Source: Scenedesmus sp. PABB004
Lineage: Eukaryota
Reading direction: 5' to 3'
DNA length: 64,000 nucleotides
NCBI GenBank assembly: GCA_014905635.1
Contig: JABVCE010000027.1
Span: forward strand, 248,001 to 312,000
Part shown: one piece after another, positions 12,124-24,580 of the stretch
Layout: each line of letters starts with the position of its first letter
Numbering within the stretch: the first letter of the stretch is position 1
Translations under genes and position numbers: made by a program
The notes under the pieces: generated by a model
Told to the model about the DNA's origin: nothing
The model's input: the letters and a program-made list of their open reading frames with translations, nothing else
Database searches by the model: none

Positions 12124-12488
12124 CGATGCGGGCTGCACGGGTGCGGGGAACAGCCCCCAGGGCGCGGCCATGGGGCACCGGCGGCGCGCCGCGCCTCGCC
12201 GTGCGTGCGGGCGGCGCACGGTCCCGCCCGAGCCGCCGGCAAGCCGGGTAGCGGCGTCCGGCCAGACAGTTGTGATGCCGGCCGCGGCGTGCGCCCGGCA
12301 AATGACCGTCAAGCGCCTGACGACGGTTCAAGCGCACGCTCGCGCTCACCCGCGCCGCGCCGGTCCCCGCTGCCCCACTCTCCGCCACCGCCGCAATCCC
12401 GCCCCCGCTTCACGACCCGTGCGCTGCGCCTGGCCACTGGCACGCCCCGCGAGTGAGAGCAGCAGGCGCCGCCGCCGGCAAAACGTCG

Positions 12489-13877
12489 ATGTCCGGCGAC
12501 GCAGAGGCCCTGCTGGCCGGCTCGGACTCGGACGAGCACACCCATTACTCGCACCGCTCTCCCTGGCTTCGTGCGTTCGTCCTGGGTGAGGCGCCGCAGG
12601 CGCGCGCGCCGCACACGCCGGCAGCCGCCGCCGCACACGCCGCCGCCGCCGCCGCAGCACAGGCGCTGCCGCCGCCGAGCCGCCGCGCCGCCGCCGCACC
12701 GCCGCAGGCGCCAATGACGGCCTGGTGTCGGTGGCGTCGCTTATGCTGGGTGCGCCGCGCACGCCGCGCCGCGCCCGCCGGCCCGCACGGCCGCCGGCGA
12801 GCTGCTGACGCTGACGCCGCGCGCCGCCGCGACCGCCGCCGCCGCCGCAGGCGTCGGCGCGGGGTCGCCCGACCTGCGCATGATGCAGCTGTCGGGCGTG
12901 GCGGGCCTCGTCGCAGGCGGTGCGCCCCGCGGCGGCTGCTCGGCGCTCGCTCGGCGGCCGCACCCGCCGCGGCTCAGCCGCCCGGCCGCCGCCCCCCGCC
13001 CGCCGCCCGCCGCCCGCTGCCCGCCGTTGCGGCGCAGCGCTGAGCATGGCGTGCGGGGAGTACATCAGCGTCGCGAGCCAGCGCGACACCGAGGAGGCCG
13101 ACATTGAGAAGGAGCGCCAGGAGCAGCGCAAGGGCCCCGCGGCGCGCGCGAGGGAGCTGGACGAGCTCACGCAGATTTATGTTGACGTGAGGGAGAGAGG
13201 GAGCGAGGGAGGGAGGGAGGGAGGGAGGGGGGCAACGGGGGCGACGGGGGCGACGGGGGAGCGCGAGGGAGCGAGAGGGCCGCCGCCTGGCAGCGCCGCC
13301 GCCGACGTGCAGCCGGCGCCGCGCGCTCGCCTCACGCCGCGCCCGCCGCCGCGTCCGCCGCGCCCGCCGCCGCAGCGCGGCCTGAGCGCGCCGCTCGCGC
13401 GTCAGGTGGCGGAGGAGCTGACCGCGCGCGACGTGATCCGCGCGCACGCGCGCGACGAGCTCGGCGTCGACATGGACGCACTGGCAAACCCCCTGCAGGC
13501 GCGCGGGGGCGTGCCTGCGGGCGCGCGGGCCGGCGGCGGCGCCGGGGCAGCAGCACCGCGGGGCGGCGCCCGCGACGCGCGCGCGCGCGCCCGCCCGCCC
13601 GCCCGCCCGCGCGCAGGCGAGCGTGACGTCGGCGCTGGCGTTCAGCATCGGCGCCGCGGTGCCGCTCCTGGCGGGCGCATTTGTCGCCGACCCGCAGACG
13701 CGCATGGCCGCCGTCGCGGCGGCGGCGGTCGTGGCGCTCGCGCTGTTTGGCGCCGTCGGCGCCGGGCTCGGCGGCGCGTCGCTGCCGCGCGGCGCGCTGC
13801 GCGTGCTGCTGGGCGGCGGGCTGGCGATGGCGCTGACCTGGGGCGTGGGCGCTGTGTTCGGCGTCACGCCCGCGTGA
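12489..13877 (+). CDS. VIT1: VIT1/CCC1 family vacuolar iron/manganese transporter
   Basis: WLRAFVLG|ANDGLVSVASLMLG, ALSMACGEYISVASQRDTEEAD, AHARDELG, NPLQ|ASVTSALAFSIGAAVPLL; five introns. Confidence 0.92.
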
Positions 13878-14429
13878 TCCGGGCGGCAGCCGGGGCCTCG
13901 TCGCGGCGCCAGTGCGCTGCGGCCGGGTTTGGCGTCCGGGCGGCTGGGACTGGGTAGCTGCACTGCCGCAGGCTCGCTGCCGCACTGCGCGTGACGCGCT
14001 GTAGCACGTGACGTCGCAGAGGGAGGGGAATTTGTTCGGCCCCACTTTTTGGGGGAGCGGCGTGCCGTGCGCTCGCAGGCGCCGTGATTCTTGCGCGTGG
14101 GCGGCTCGGAGCGCGCGCTATCGGCATCGGCCGTGAAGCTTGAGTTGGTTTCACCGTCTCGTCTCGCGGGCCCGTGCAGGCCGCCGTTTCAGCAGCAAAT
14201 GAGCAGTCCAACGTTCCCCTCCTCACACACGCGCACGCCAATACCAGTGTCGCAGACGCCGACGCCCCAGCCCGCCCTACCTACACAGAGGGCGCTGCGC
14301 GCCGCGCTGCAGCGGGGGGCACGCGGCGCGCGCGGCGCCGCGGCCCACAGAGGGCGGCACCGCGGCGCCAGCGCGCGCGCGCGCGCGGCCTGTTTATTGT
14401 CTGCTGCAGACGCGGCGCGCTCAGCGCGC

Positions 14430-16451
14430 TCAGCGCGAGAGCCAGTCGGACGTGTCCAGGTCGCCTGCGCGCGACGCGCGCGTGCGGGGGCGGGGCGGCG
14501 GTGAGCTCGGCGCGCGCGCCACGGGGCCCCGCCGCCCGCCGCGCCGCGCCCTGCCTCAACCCTAAACTCAACACCTAAACCCTTGAACCCTCAACCCTTG
14601 AACCTTAAAAACCCTGCCGCCGCGGCGCGCCCCGCCGCACCGATGGTCGTGCGCATGAGCTTGCCGAAGAGCTCCGGCACGGTCGACGCGGAGGGCAGGC
14701 CGGCCTCCTCCATGACCTCAGGGTTCAGCCCCCGCAGGCCCGCGACGTAGAGCGGGTCGGGCAGGTTGGGCAGCAGCGTCGCGAGGCCCGCCGCGACGCG
14801 CTCGAGCGCGCTGCCCGCGGGCGCGCCCGCGCCGCCCGGCGCGGCGCCGGGCAGCGCGGTCACGTTGACGCGCGGGACCTCGGCGAGGCTCGTGAGGTTG
14901 AGCGCCGCCATCGCGGCCTCGACGTCGGCGAGCTCCAGCCCCGCCGACGCGAGGCGGGAGGTGAGGTTGAGCTTCTCGACCTGCTCCGTCAGGTTGAGCT
15001 TGCCCAGCTCCGCCACCTCCGCGCGGGGGAGGCCCTGCAGCGCGGCGCCGACCTTGAGCTTCTGCAGCGCCTGCAGCTCGGGCGTGACGACCGCAAACAC
15101 GGGCGCCGGGCCGACCGCGCCGGGCGCGGCGTCGGCGCCGCGGCTGCCGCCGCCAAAGCTGGGCGTGATGCGCTCGAGCAGCGACTCGGTGCGGGAGATG
15201 TCGACCTCCTCGGCGCGCGCGCGCGCGCGGCTCAGCGCGTCCTGCGCGGACGCGGCGGCGCGCGGCCGGCGGGCGCGGCGCGTGGGCATTGTGCGGGGGG
15301 GGGGGGGGGGGCGGGGCTGCCGCTGTGGTGCCCGCGCGCGGTGCCCGCGCGCTGCGGTGCGTGGCGGCGCGCTGTGGTGCGTGGCGTGCTGTGCGTGGCG
15401 CGCCTGGATGTCACTGAGCGTGAGGTTGAGGCCGGGCAGGGGCGTGTCGGGCACCGCGTCAGGGTCCTTGGGGTCCACTGCGGAGCAGGAGGGGAGGGAG
15501 GGGAGGGCGGGCGGGGCGGCGGCAGCAGCCGCGTCAGGCGGCCGGCGCGCGGCTGCGCCGTGGGGCGCCCTGACGGCCAGCGCGGCGCATCCCGTGCGCG
15601 CGGCGGGGGCGCGACTCACCGCACCACGTGTGGTCCTTGTTGGCCACCTGCGCGGCGGCGGCGGCGCGCGCGCGCGCGGGCGAGTGGGCGGCTGAGCGGG
15701 GCTGCGTGTGGGCCCCGCCGCAGCGGCGGCCGGGCGCCGCCGGGCGGCGGCGGCACGCGCGCACGCCGCGCGCGTGCCGCGCCGCGCGCGCACCTTGCCG
15801 CTCGCGCAGGTGGAGCAGCTGCGGCTGGTGTGGAAGGCGCCGGTGATGTAGGCGGTGCGGCTGGAGCACATCTTGCAGGCCACGCCTACAAAGCCGGCCT
15901 CGGCGCGCACCGAGACCTGGTAGTGCCCAGCGGGGCAGGTGCACGCGGAGCGGTCGCGCGACGGCTGCGTGCCGGCGGGGCACTTGAGGCACTCGGAGCT
16001 CAGCACGGAGCCGCCGGGCGCGATGTCAGTGTCGGCGGAGCACTTGAGGCACAGGCCGTCGTTGCCCTTGCCGGCGTAGCCGGGCGCGCACTCTGGCGGG
16101 TTCAAGGCGAGTTTCGGGCGGGCGGTGGCGGCGGCGGCGCGTGAGGGGTGCGGGGCGCGCGGGGCGGCGGCGCGGCGCAGGGCTGCGGCCGCGCGCGCCT
16201 GTGTTGTGCCCCGCGCGCGCGCGCCCGCACTCACCGCACTTGGCGCGGCTGGTGCCCTGCGAGGTGAGCTGGTACCCGGTGCCGCAGTCGTCGCAGACGA
16301 TGGTGGGCGAGCGGCGCGTGGTGGGCAGGGAGATGCAGCCGCGCTTGCGGCAGCCGTTGTACGAGGAGCGCTCGGGGCACAGCTCCGCGCCGAGCGCCGC
16401 CGACAGCGCCAGCGCGGCCAGGAGGCCGGCAACCAGCTGGAAGCGCGCCAT
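14430..16451 (-). CDS. Secreted cysteine-rich protein (TNFR/GCC2-GCC3-like Cys repeats) with helical C-terminal region
   Basis: Signal peptide MARFQLVAGLLAALALSAALG; repeated CxxC-P-x-G motifs (ECAPGY, CLKCPAGT, CTCPAGHY). Last short exon GDLDTSDWLSR* follows an intron with its donor at 14640. Confidence 0.65.
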
Positions 16452-17126
16452 CGCGCTCCGCCTGGGCGCGCCCGGGCGGCGGGCGGGGCAGGGGCGCGTG
16501 AGGGAGGCCGGGCGCGCAGCTGCAGGCGGCGCCGCCTGTACTGCACGCCCGGCGCGGGCGTGCGGGCCGGCGGGCAGCGGAGGCGCCTGAAACTGGCGGT
16601 GCGCTGCACCCGCGCCGCCCGCGACGCTCTGGCAGGCCGCGGGCGGCGCGGCGCTGCGAGTACTGCGCATTCCATGGCCCCGCCCGCGCGCCCCGGGGCG
16701 CTGCGCCCGCGCGAGCGGTCGCGACCGCGCAGCAGTGCGCTGCGCTGCATTACCCACCTTTGCAGCAGGGCGTGCGGGCGCCGGGCTGTGCGCGGGCGCG
16801 CGGGGTGGACCGGGCGGGACTGCTGTGCGCGGGAGGGGTGGCTATGTGCAGGCGTGGCTATACAGGGGCGATGTACATGCCGGGCGCCACGCAGGGGCGC
16901 GCCTTGAGGCCGGGAGGGCGCGAACTGCTCGGTGGCAGAAAAACAACAACACCGCCACCCGCTTTTTCGGCCGCGCCTCCTGCGCACTGCTCTCCACTCG
17001 CTCGTCTCACGTCGCTCCGAGCTCGGTGGCGGTGCGCGCGCACCCAGGGCACCAGATCTGCCTCGCCGGCGCGCGAGCGTGCGCCGTCCGCCGCCCCGGG
17101 CACCGCGTTCTGTCCGCGCCGCTGTC

Positions 17127-19757
17127 ATGCAGACACGCGCCATGCAGCTGCAGCGCAGCGCGACCGGCGCCCGCGCGGGCGCGGCCCTGGCGCCCGCGCC
17201 GCGCCCGGCGCGCGTGTTCCAGGTGCGCGCCTGGGCTGGGAGCGTGGAGACAGGCGCGCCGCAGACGCAATTGGCCCGCGCGCGGCAGCGGCGGCTGCGG
17301 CAAGCGTCCGCGGCGGCCCGGCGCGCTCGGCAGCGGCGCTGCTCGCTCGCCCGGGCGCCCGCGCCGGCGCCCGCCCCTGTCGCCGCCGGCCGGTCACCCG
17401 CACCGCCGCCGCCGCCGCCGCCGCAGCCCGCCCGCGCCGCGGCCGGCAGCAGCAGCGCGCCGGCGCCGTCGCCGCGGGCCGCGCCGCGGCGCGCCGCGGC
17501 CGCGCCGTCGCCGCGCCGCGCGCCGCGGCGCGCCGTCGCCGCCGCCGCGTCCGGCGCGGCCGCGGCGCCGCGCGGCGACTTCCGCAGCAAGCCGCCGGGC
17601 GAGGTCAACGTCCTCGTCGTTGGCCCGACCGGCTACATCGGCCGGTGCGCGGGCACGTCAACGCCCCGCCCCACTTCCCCCCCTCGGGCGCCAGCGCCGG
17701 CGCTCAGCCAGCCCCCCGCGCCTCGCCCGCGCGCCCCGGCGCAGGTTTGTGACGCGGGAGCTGATCGAGCGCGGCTACAACGTGACCGCCTTTGCGCGCG
17801 AGGCGGCGGGCATCAAGGGCAAGATGCGCAAGGAGGACACGATCAAGGCAAGGCCGGGGGGCAGCGCGGCGGCGCGGGGCGCAGCGTACGGGGCAGCGCG
17901 GAAGCCGCGCAGGGGGCAGCGCGGCGGGCAGGGCAGCACAGCGGGAGGGGCCCGCCGCCGCCGCCGCCACTGCCGCCGCCGCCGCGCGCCCACGCCGCCG
18001 CCCGTGGCCGCCCGCCGCGCTGCCCCCTCGCTCCGCTCCCTCCCCGGCGGCGGCGCGCAGGAGTTCCCGGGCGCCAAGGTTGTCTTTGGCGACGTGACGG
18101 ACCCGGCGAGCCTCGCGGCGACCGCGTTCGGGCAGCCCGTGGACGTCGTCGTGTCGTGCCTCGCGAGCCGCACCGGCGGCAAGAAGGACAGCTGGCTGGT
18201 AGACTACCAGGTGGGTGCACGCGGGCGGGCGGGGCTTGCCGCGGGGGCCTGCGCCGGCGGCCGCGGCGCGCCGAGGGAAGGCCCCGCCGCGGCGCCGCCC
18301 ACGCCGTGCGCCGCGCCGGCGACGCCGCGCCGCGCCGCGCCTCAGGCGACCAAGAACGTGCTCGACGCGGCGCGCGCCGCGGGCGCGGGGCACTTTGTGC
18401 TGCTGAGCGCCATCTGCGTGCAGAAGCCGCTGCTTGAGTTCCAGCGGGCCAAGCTGAAGCTCGAGGCCGACCTGCAGGCGCGGCGGCGGCGCGCGGCGCG
18501 GCGCGGCGCGGCGCGGCGCGCGGCGCGCGGGGAGCGGGGCGGCGGGGGGGAGCGGCCCGCCGCGCCCGGCCGATGCCCCCCCCCCCCGTCCGCGTGTGGC
18601 CCGCAGGCCGCGGGCGACATCACTTACTCGATCGTCCGGCCGACCGCGTTCTTCAAGTCGCTCGCGGGCCAGGCGCGGCGCGGCGCGGCGCGCCGCCGGG
18701 GACGCGCGCCCGCGGCGCGCCGGGGGGTGTGAGCCGCTCGCGCCGCCGCCGGCGGCGCGTGCCGCGCAGATTGAGCTGGTGAAGCAGGGCAAGCCGTACG
18801 TGATGTTTGGGGACGGCAAGCTCGCGGCGTGCAAGCCCATCAGCGAGCGCGACCTCGCTCGCTTCATGGCCGACTGCATCACGCGTGAGAGACGGCGCGG
18901 CCGCAGCGGCGGCGGCGCGCGCGGGCGCAGGGCGAGGGCTCGCGCCCCGGCATGGCAGCGCGCGGCGGGGGCGCGGGCGCGGGCGCGCCGAGCGCCGCCG
19001 CCGAGCCTGCCGCCGAGCGCCGCGGCCGCCGAGCGCCGCACCGGCCGCCGCGCCGCAGAGGCGGACAAGGTGAACAAGGTGCTGCCGATCGGCGGCCCCG
19101 GCGGCGCGCTGACCGCCAAGGACCAGGCAGACATACTCTTCAGGCGCGGCCCAGCGCACAACGGCCTGGCGCGCCGGGCGCGCTGCGCTCGCAGCCCCAG
19201 CCCGCGCGCGGGGGCTCACCCCCCCCCCCCCGCCGCGCGCCCGCCCGCCGCCGCCGCCGCCCGTGCCGCCTGTGCCGGCGCGGCGCGCAGGCTGACGGGG
19301 CTGCCGCCAAAGTACTTCCCAGTCCCGCTCGCGCTCATGGACGGCGTGATCGGGATCTTTGACTTCCTGGCAAAGCTCTTCCCCGCGCTCGAGGTGCGAG
19401 AGGCGCGCCCGCGCGCGCCGCGGCAGCGACGCCGCGGCAGCGACGGCGTGGCTCCTCCCCGCGCGCGGGCGGGGGCGCGCGCGGCGCGCGGCGGAGGGAG
19501 GGGCCGGCGCCGACCCCCGGCCGCGCTCGCCGCCGCCGCGCGCGCAGGACTCGGCCGAGTTTGGCCGCATCGGGCGATACTACGCGGCCGAGAGCATGCT
19601 GGTCTGGGACGAGTCGCGCCAGGCGTACGACGCCGACGCGACGCCCGGGTACGGCACCGACACGCTCGAGGCCTTCTTTGACAAGGCGCTGCGCGAGGGC
19701 CTCAAGGGCCAGGAGCTCGGCGACCAGGCCGTCTTCGGCGTCGGCGTCGGCGAGTGA
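17127..19757 (+). CDS. DVR: Divinyl (proto)chlorophyllide a 8-vinyl reductase (NADPH-type), chloroplastic
   Basis: VLVVGPTGYIGR, VDVVVSCLASRTGGKKDSWLVDYQ, HFVLLSAICVQKPLLEFQRAKLKLE, YSIVRPTAFFKSL, EFGRIGRYYAAESML, GQELGDQAVF; transit-peptide-like N-terminus. Confidence 0.95.
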
Positions 19758-20894
19758 GGACGAGTCGGAGGGCCTCACCTGGGAGGAGCTGGAGAAGGAG
19801 GCGGTGCGGGCGCAGGAGGGCGCAGGCGCGGCGCGCGGTGGGGAAGGGGGCGGGCGCGGGCGGGAGGCGGGCGCGAAGCGGCGGCCGCGGCCGCGACCCC
19901 GCCGGAGCAGGAGGACAGCGGCGGGAAGCTGGCGCGCGCGAGCGTCTCCCCTGTACATTGGGGTGGGGCGGGGCGGCAGCGGGCGGTTGCTGGCGGGGCG
20001 GACGCGGCGGGGCGGGGTGCGGCGCGGCGCCGCCGCCGGCGTGCAAACCCCGCGGCGCGGCTGACCGGGCCGCGCACAGTTCTCGGAGCCAGCCCCGTGG
20101 GTGTGTGCCAGACAGCCTCGCCGCCGCAGCGGCCGCCGCGCAGAGCTCCCGGTCCGGCGGCGGCGGCGGCGGCGGCGCAGCAGCGCGCTCGGCCAGCGCG
20201 CCGCGCGTGCGCGAGCTGCCGCGCGGCACGGCGGTGGTCAACCTGCTGGGCACGGCCGGCGAGGAGAAGCCGCCCGGCGCGAGTGGGCGAGAGGCGCCGG
20301 CGACCGCGGCCCTGTCTGCCGCTGCGGCCTGGAGGCCAGGGACGACAGCCTCGCCTCGCTAGACAGCACCGCCGACAGCGCCCCCGCCGGCGCCGGGAGC
20401 GGCAGCGCCGCGTCGCTGGTCGTCGGCACCGCGCCCGCCGCGGGCGGCAGCTTTGGCGCCACGCCGCCGCGCAGCAAGCTGTTCCCCCGCTTCTTCAGCA
20501 GGCTGGCCGACCCGCCGACGCTGCCGGTGGTGGTGCAGGCGTCTGAGCGAGAGCGAGCGAGCGGGGCGGCGGCAAACTCGTCGACCGCGCTGCGCCGCCG
20601 CGCTGCGCCGCCGCCGGCCGCACCGCCCACGCCGTCCGTGCGGCGCGCACACCGCTCTCGCTCCACGCCCTCGAGCGCCCTGCGACCGCGCCAGCCGCTG
20701 GGCAGCCTCAGCAGTCGCTCGCACGCGCACCCGGCCAGCAGGCAGCGCGCTCGAGCAGTCGGGCCGCAGCTCGCCCCACAACTCGGCTCGTGCGACTACC
20801 TCCTCATCGCGCGCGCTTGAGCACTAGCATGGCGCGCGGGCCGCGGAGCAGCAGCAGCCGGGGGCCACAGCCGGCCGGCCCCGCCTGAGCCGCG

Positions 20895-21749
20895 ATGCTG
20901 GGCAGCCTCCGGGCGGGCCAGGCGCGACGGACGGGCCCGCCGCCGGGCCCGCGCCCGCCGCGGCCCGCCGCCGGCGCCGCCGCGGCCGCTGCTGTGGCCG
21001 TCGCCGCCCGGCGGCGGCGCGGCGCGCACGTGGCCGACTACGCCCGCGGACTCGGCGAGCTGGTGGAGCAGCAGCGCCTGCCGGAGGCGGTGGAGCTGCT
21101 GGAGGGCTGGCTCGACGGCGGCGAGCGCCGACCGCACGCGCTGTCGGCCGCCGAGCTGCTCGAGGGTGCGCGCCGGGCGGGCGCCCTGCTCTCGGCGGCC
21201 GCCGCCCCTGCGGCGAGCAGCGAGCGGCGATGCAGCGGCGCGCGCCGCCGCTGAGCCGCCGCGCGGCCGGCCGCGCCGCCCGCTGCCCGCCCCGCAGCGC
21301 TCTGCGAGCAGGGGCGCCATGACACCGCGTGGCGGCTCGTCCGCCGCCTGACCGGGAACAAGACGCGGCTGCCGCTGACGGCGCTGCACCGGCTGCTGAA
21401 GCTCGCGGGCCAGGTGCGCAGCCGCGGCGGGCGTGCGGCGCCCCCGTGCACGCCCGCCGCCGACCGGCTCCGCCGCCGACCGCGCCGCTCGCGCGCTCCC
21501 CGCCGCCCCGCCGCGCTGCCGCGCCGCCGCAGCACGGCGCCGTGGGCGACGTCCTGGCGGTGTACGGCCACCAGGCGGCGATGTACGGCTTTGCCAGCGT
21601 GGCGGTGCAGACGACGCTCATCCACGCCCTGCTCAAGGCGGACGGCCGCGGCGCGCCGGGCGGGCCGGCCGCGTACGAGGCGTGGGCGCGCCTGCGGCGC
21701 AGCCGCGCGCAGCTCGACGCGCACGCGCTGCTCGCCGGTGCGCGCGCGC

Positions 21750-21799
<50 letters not shown>

Positions 21800-23154
21800 A
21801 GCGGCGCACGGGCGCGGGCGGGCCTGGTCGGGCGCCGGCGGCAGCGCCGCCGCAGGGTGCGTCGCGGCGCCCGGCCGACGCACGCGCGCCGCCGCCGCCG
21901 CCGTGCCGCGCAGGCATGCACGCGTGCGTGGGCGTCGGCCGCGTGGCCGAGGCGGAGGCGCTGCTGGAGCGGCTGCGCGAGGTCGCGGGCGCGGTCGCAT
22001 GGCCAGTCGTCAGCGGGCACAACCTGCTCATAAAGGCACGCCGCCCTGGCCCGCCGCGCCCTGGCCCGCCCGCGCGTGGGCGCGCCGCCCCGCCCCCGCA
22101 GCGCCCCCTGCGCTCACCGCCGCCGCCGCGGCGCCGCCGTGCGCCGCAGGCGCACGCGCGCGCGCGCAACCCCGAGGCCGCGCGCCGCGCGTTTGCGGGG
22201 CTCAAGGCGCGCGGTCTGGCGCCAGACGCCGTGACCTACAACACGCTGCTCTCGAGCTTTGTCGCGGCGGGCGAGCCGCTGCGCGCGCGCGCGGTGCTGG
22301 ACAAGATGCGGCGCGAGCGGGTGCGGGCGCGGCGCGCGGCGCGGCGCGGCGCGACTGCGGGCCGCGCGGCCGCGGCGCGCCGGCGCCGGCGCCGGCGAGG
22401 GGCGGCGGGGAAGGTGGAGGCGGAGCATGGTGGTGGCCGACGCCGCGCCGCGCCGCGCCGCGCCGCGGCAGGTCGCGCCGGACGTGTGGAGCTACACGAC
22501 GCTGCTGCTGGGCCTCGGCCGCGCGGGGCGGCTGGGCGAGATGCGGCAGGCGTTGGATGACATGCACGCGGCTGGCGTGCAGCCCAACGCGGTGAGCTTT
22601 ACGCGGGCCGCCGCTCGGGCGCGAGCGCACGCGCCCGGGCCTGCCCGCCGACGTGCCCGGCGCCCGGCGGCCGCCGCAGGCCACGTACGCCGCGGCCCTG
22701 GACGGCTACGCCTCTGCCGGCGACATGGCGGCCGCGCATGCGGTCATGGAGGAGCTGCTGCAGCTGGCGGCGCGGCAGCGCCTCGCGGGGCAGCCGGAGC
22801 AGCAGGACGAGCAGGCGGGGCAGTTGCAGCAGCGAGAACCGCTGGAGCAGCGGCTGGCGGAGCAGCCGCCGGAGCAGCAGCTGCGCGAGCTCGAGGCGCT
22901 GCTGCCGCCGCCTGGCCCGCCGCGCCCCCAGTCGCCGGCAGTGGCGGCGGCGGCGGCGTGCGCCTGAGCAGGCGCATGCTGCGCCAGCTGTACAACACGC
23001 TGATCAAAGGCCACCTGCGCCTGGCTGCGCAGGGCGCGCCGGCGGTGGCGCGCTGGGGCGGGGGCGCGGGCGGCGAGAGCTGGCTGCAGCAGCAGCTGCG
23101 GCTCGCCGACGCGCAGCAGCAGCCGCAGCAGCAGCAGTTGCAGCAGCCGCCACC

Positions 23155-23211
<57 letters not shown>

Positions 23212-24403
23212 GCCACCGCAGCAGGAGCATCAGCAGCAGCAGGCGCAGTTGCAGCCGCCGCCGCGGCCGCCGGGCGCGCCGGCGCCGGGGTCGTACGACG
23301 CCGCGCTCGGCGTGCTGGCGGCCATGGCGGCCGCGGGCGTCGCGCCGGGCGTGGACACGTACACGCTGTTCATCTCCCACGCGGTGCAGGCCGGCGACCA
23401 CGCCGCGCTGCCGGCGCTGCTCGGCGCGCTGTCGGCCGCGGGGCTGCCGCCCGACCAGGTGCTGCTGACCAGCCTGCTCAAGGTCTCGGGCCAGGCGGGC
23501 GACCACGTCGCCGCGCTGGAGGTGTTTGACGCCCTCATCGCTGCCGTCGGCGCCCCGGGCGGCGCCCAGGGCGGCGGCGACGGCGGCGGCGGCGGCGCCG
23601 CCGCTGACGGCAGCAAGCTCGCGACCGCCGTCGCGGCCGCGGCCGCCGCAGCAGCGGCGGAACGGGCGGAGCTCGCCGAGGCGAGCGCTCAGGGGCGGGA
23701 GCTGCTGCAGCAGCAGGGGCAGTTGTTAGGCAGCCTAACAGGCAGCGGCGAGAGCAGCAACGGCGGCAGCGGCGGAAACAGCAGCAGCCCCCAGAGCAGC
23801 CGCCGGCGCGCCTCGCCGCCGGCGGCGCCGCTGAGCGCCGCCGCGGGGCCGGACGCGGCCGCCTGGAACGCGCTCGCGGCGGCGCTCGCGGCGGCGGGCC
23901 GCCTCGCCGACGCGGCGGCCGCCGTCGAGCGCGGCGTCGCGGCGGCCGCGGCGGCGGGCGCGGCTGAGCCGCCGGTCGCGGGCTTTGCCGCGCTGCTGCG
24001 CGGCCAGCGCGCCGCGGGCGCCAAGGCCGACGCGGTGCGCGCGCTGCGCCGCTTCCTGTCCCTCGGCGGCCGCCCGGGGCGCGTGATGTGCAACGACGTC
24101 ATCGCCCTCTGCCTGCGCGACGGCGACCCGCGCACCGCGCGCCAGGTCGTGCGCGCGATGGCGCTCACCGGCGCGCTGAGCGACGCAGAGGTCGGCAGCT
24201 ACCTCGCCTGGTTTGCGCGCTGGGAGGCGCGGCGCGCCGCGGCCGCCGCCGACGGCGGCGGCGCCGCCGCGCGCGCGCCGGGCGGCGGCAGCGCGCCCGG
24301 CAGCAGCGGCGGCGCGCCGCCGGGCAGCAGCGGCCAGGCGGTCGCGATGGAGCGGCTGCGCTGGTTTCTGGGCCTGCCATCGAGTTATTATGCGGACAGC
24401 TGA
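20895..24403 (+). CDS. Pentatricopeptide repeat (PPR) protein, probably organellar
   Basis: Tandem 35-aa motifs: GLAPDAVTYNTLLSSFVAAG, VAPDVWSYTTLLLGLGRAG, GVQPNA|ATYAAALDGYASAG, GVAPGVDTYTLFISHAVQAG, PPDQVLLTSLLKVSGQAG. Apparent -1 frameshift near 22910; start tentative. Confidence 0.85.
23156..23209 (+). repeat. (CAG)18 polyglutamine repeat in the PPR gene
   Basis: 18 perfect CAG units. Confidence 0.95.
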
Positions 24404-24580
24404 GTGCGCTGCTGTGCTGCGCGCTGCGCGCTGCCAGCGAGCCGCGCGCGCGCGGCTGCATGAGCTGAACCGGCCGCGCGCGCGCGTGTGACGGCCACCG
24501 CTCGCGCGATTACCCACGCCCGCCGCGCAGCATGCGCCCGCCGCGGTCAGCCGTCACAGCGCAGCATGCGCCCGCCGCGG

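Noticed and set aside
14591..17608. 1005-aa minus-strand ORF and the many Arg/Ala/Pro-rich overlapping ORFs across the window
   Set aside because: Read-through of introns or antisense shadows of real genes; no independent motifs
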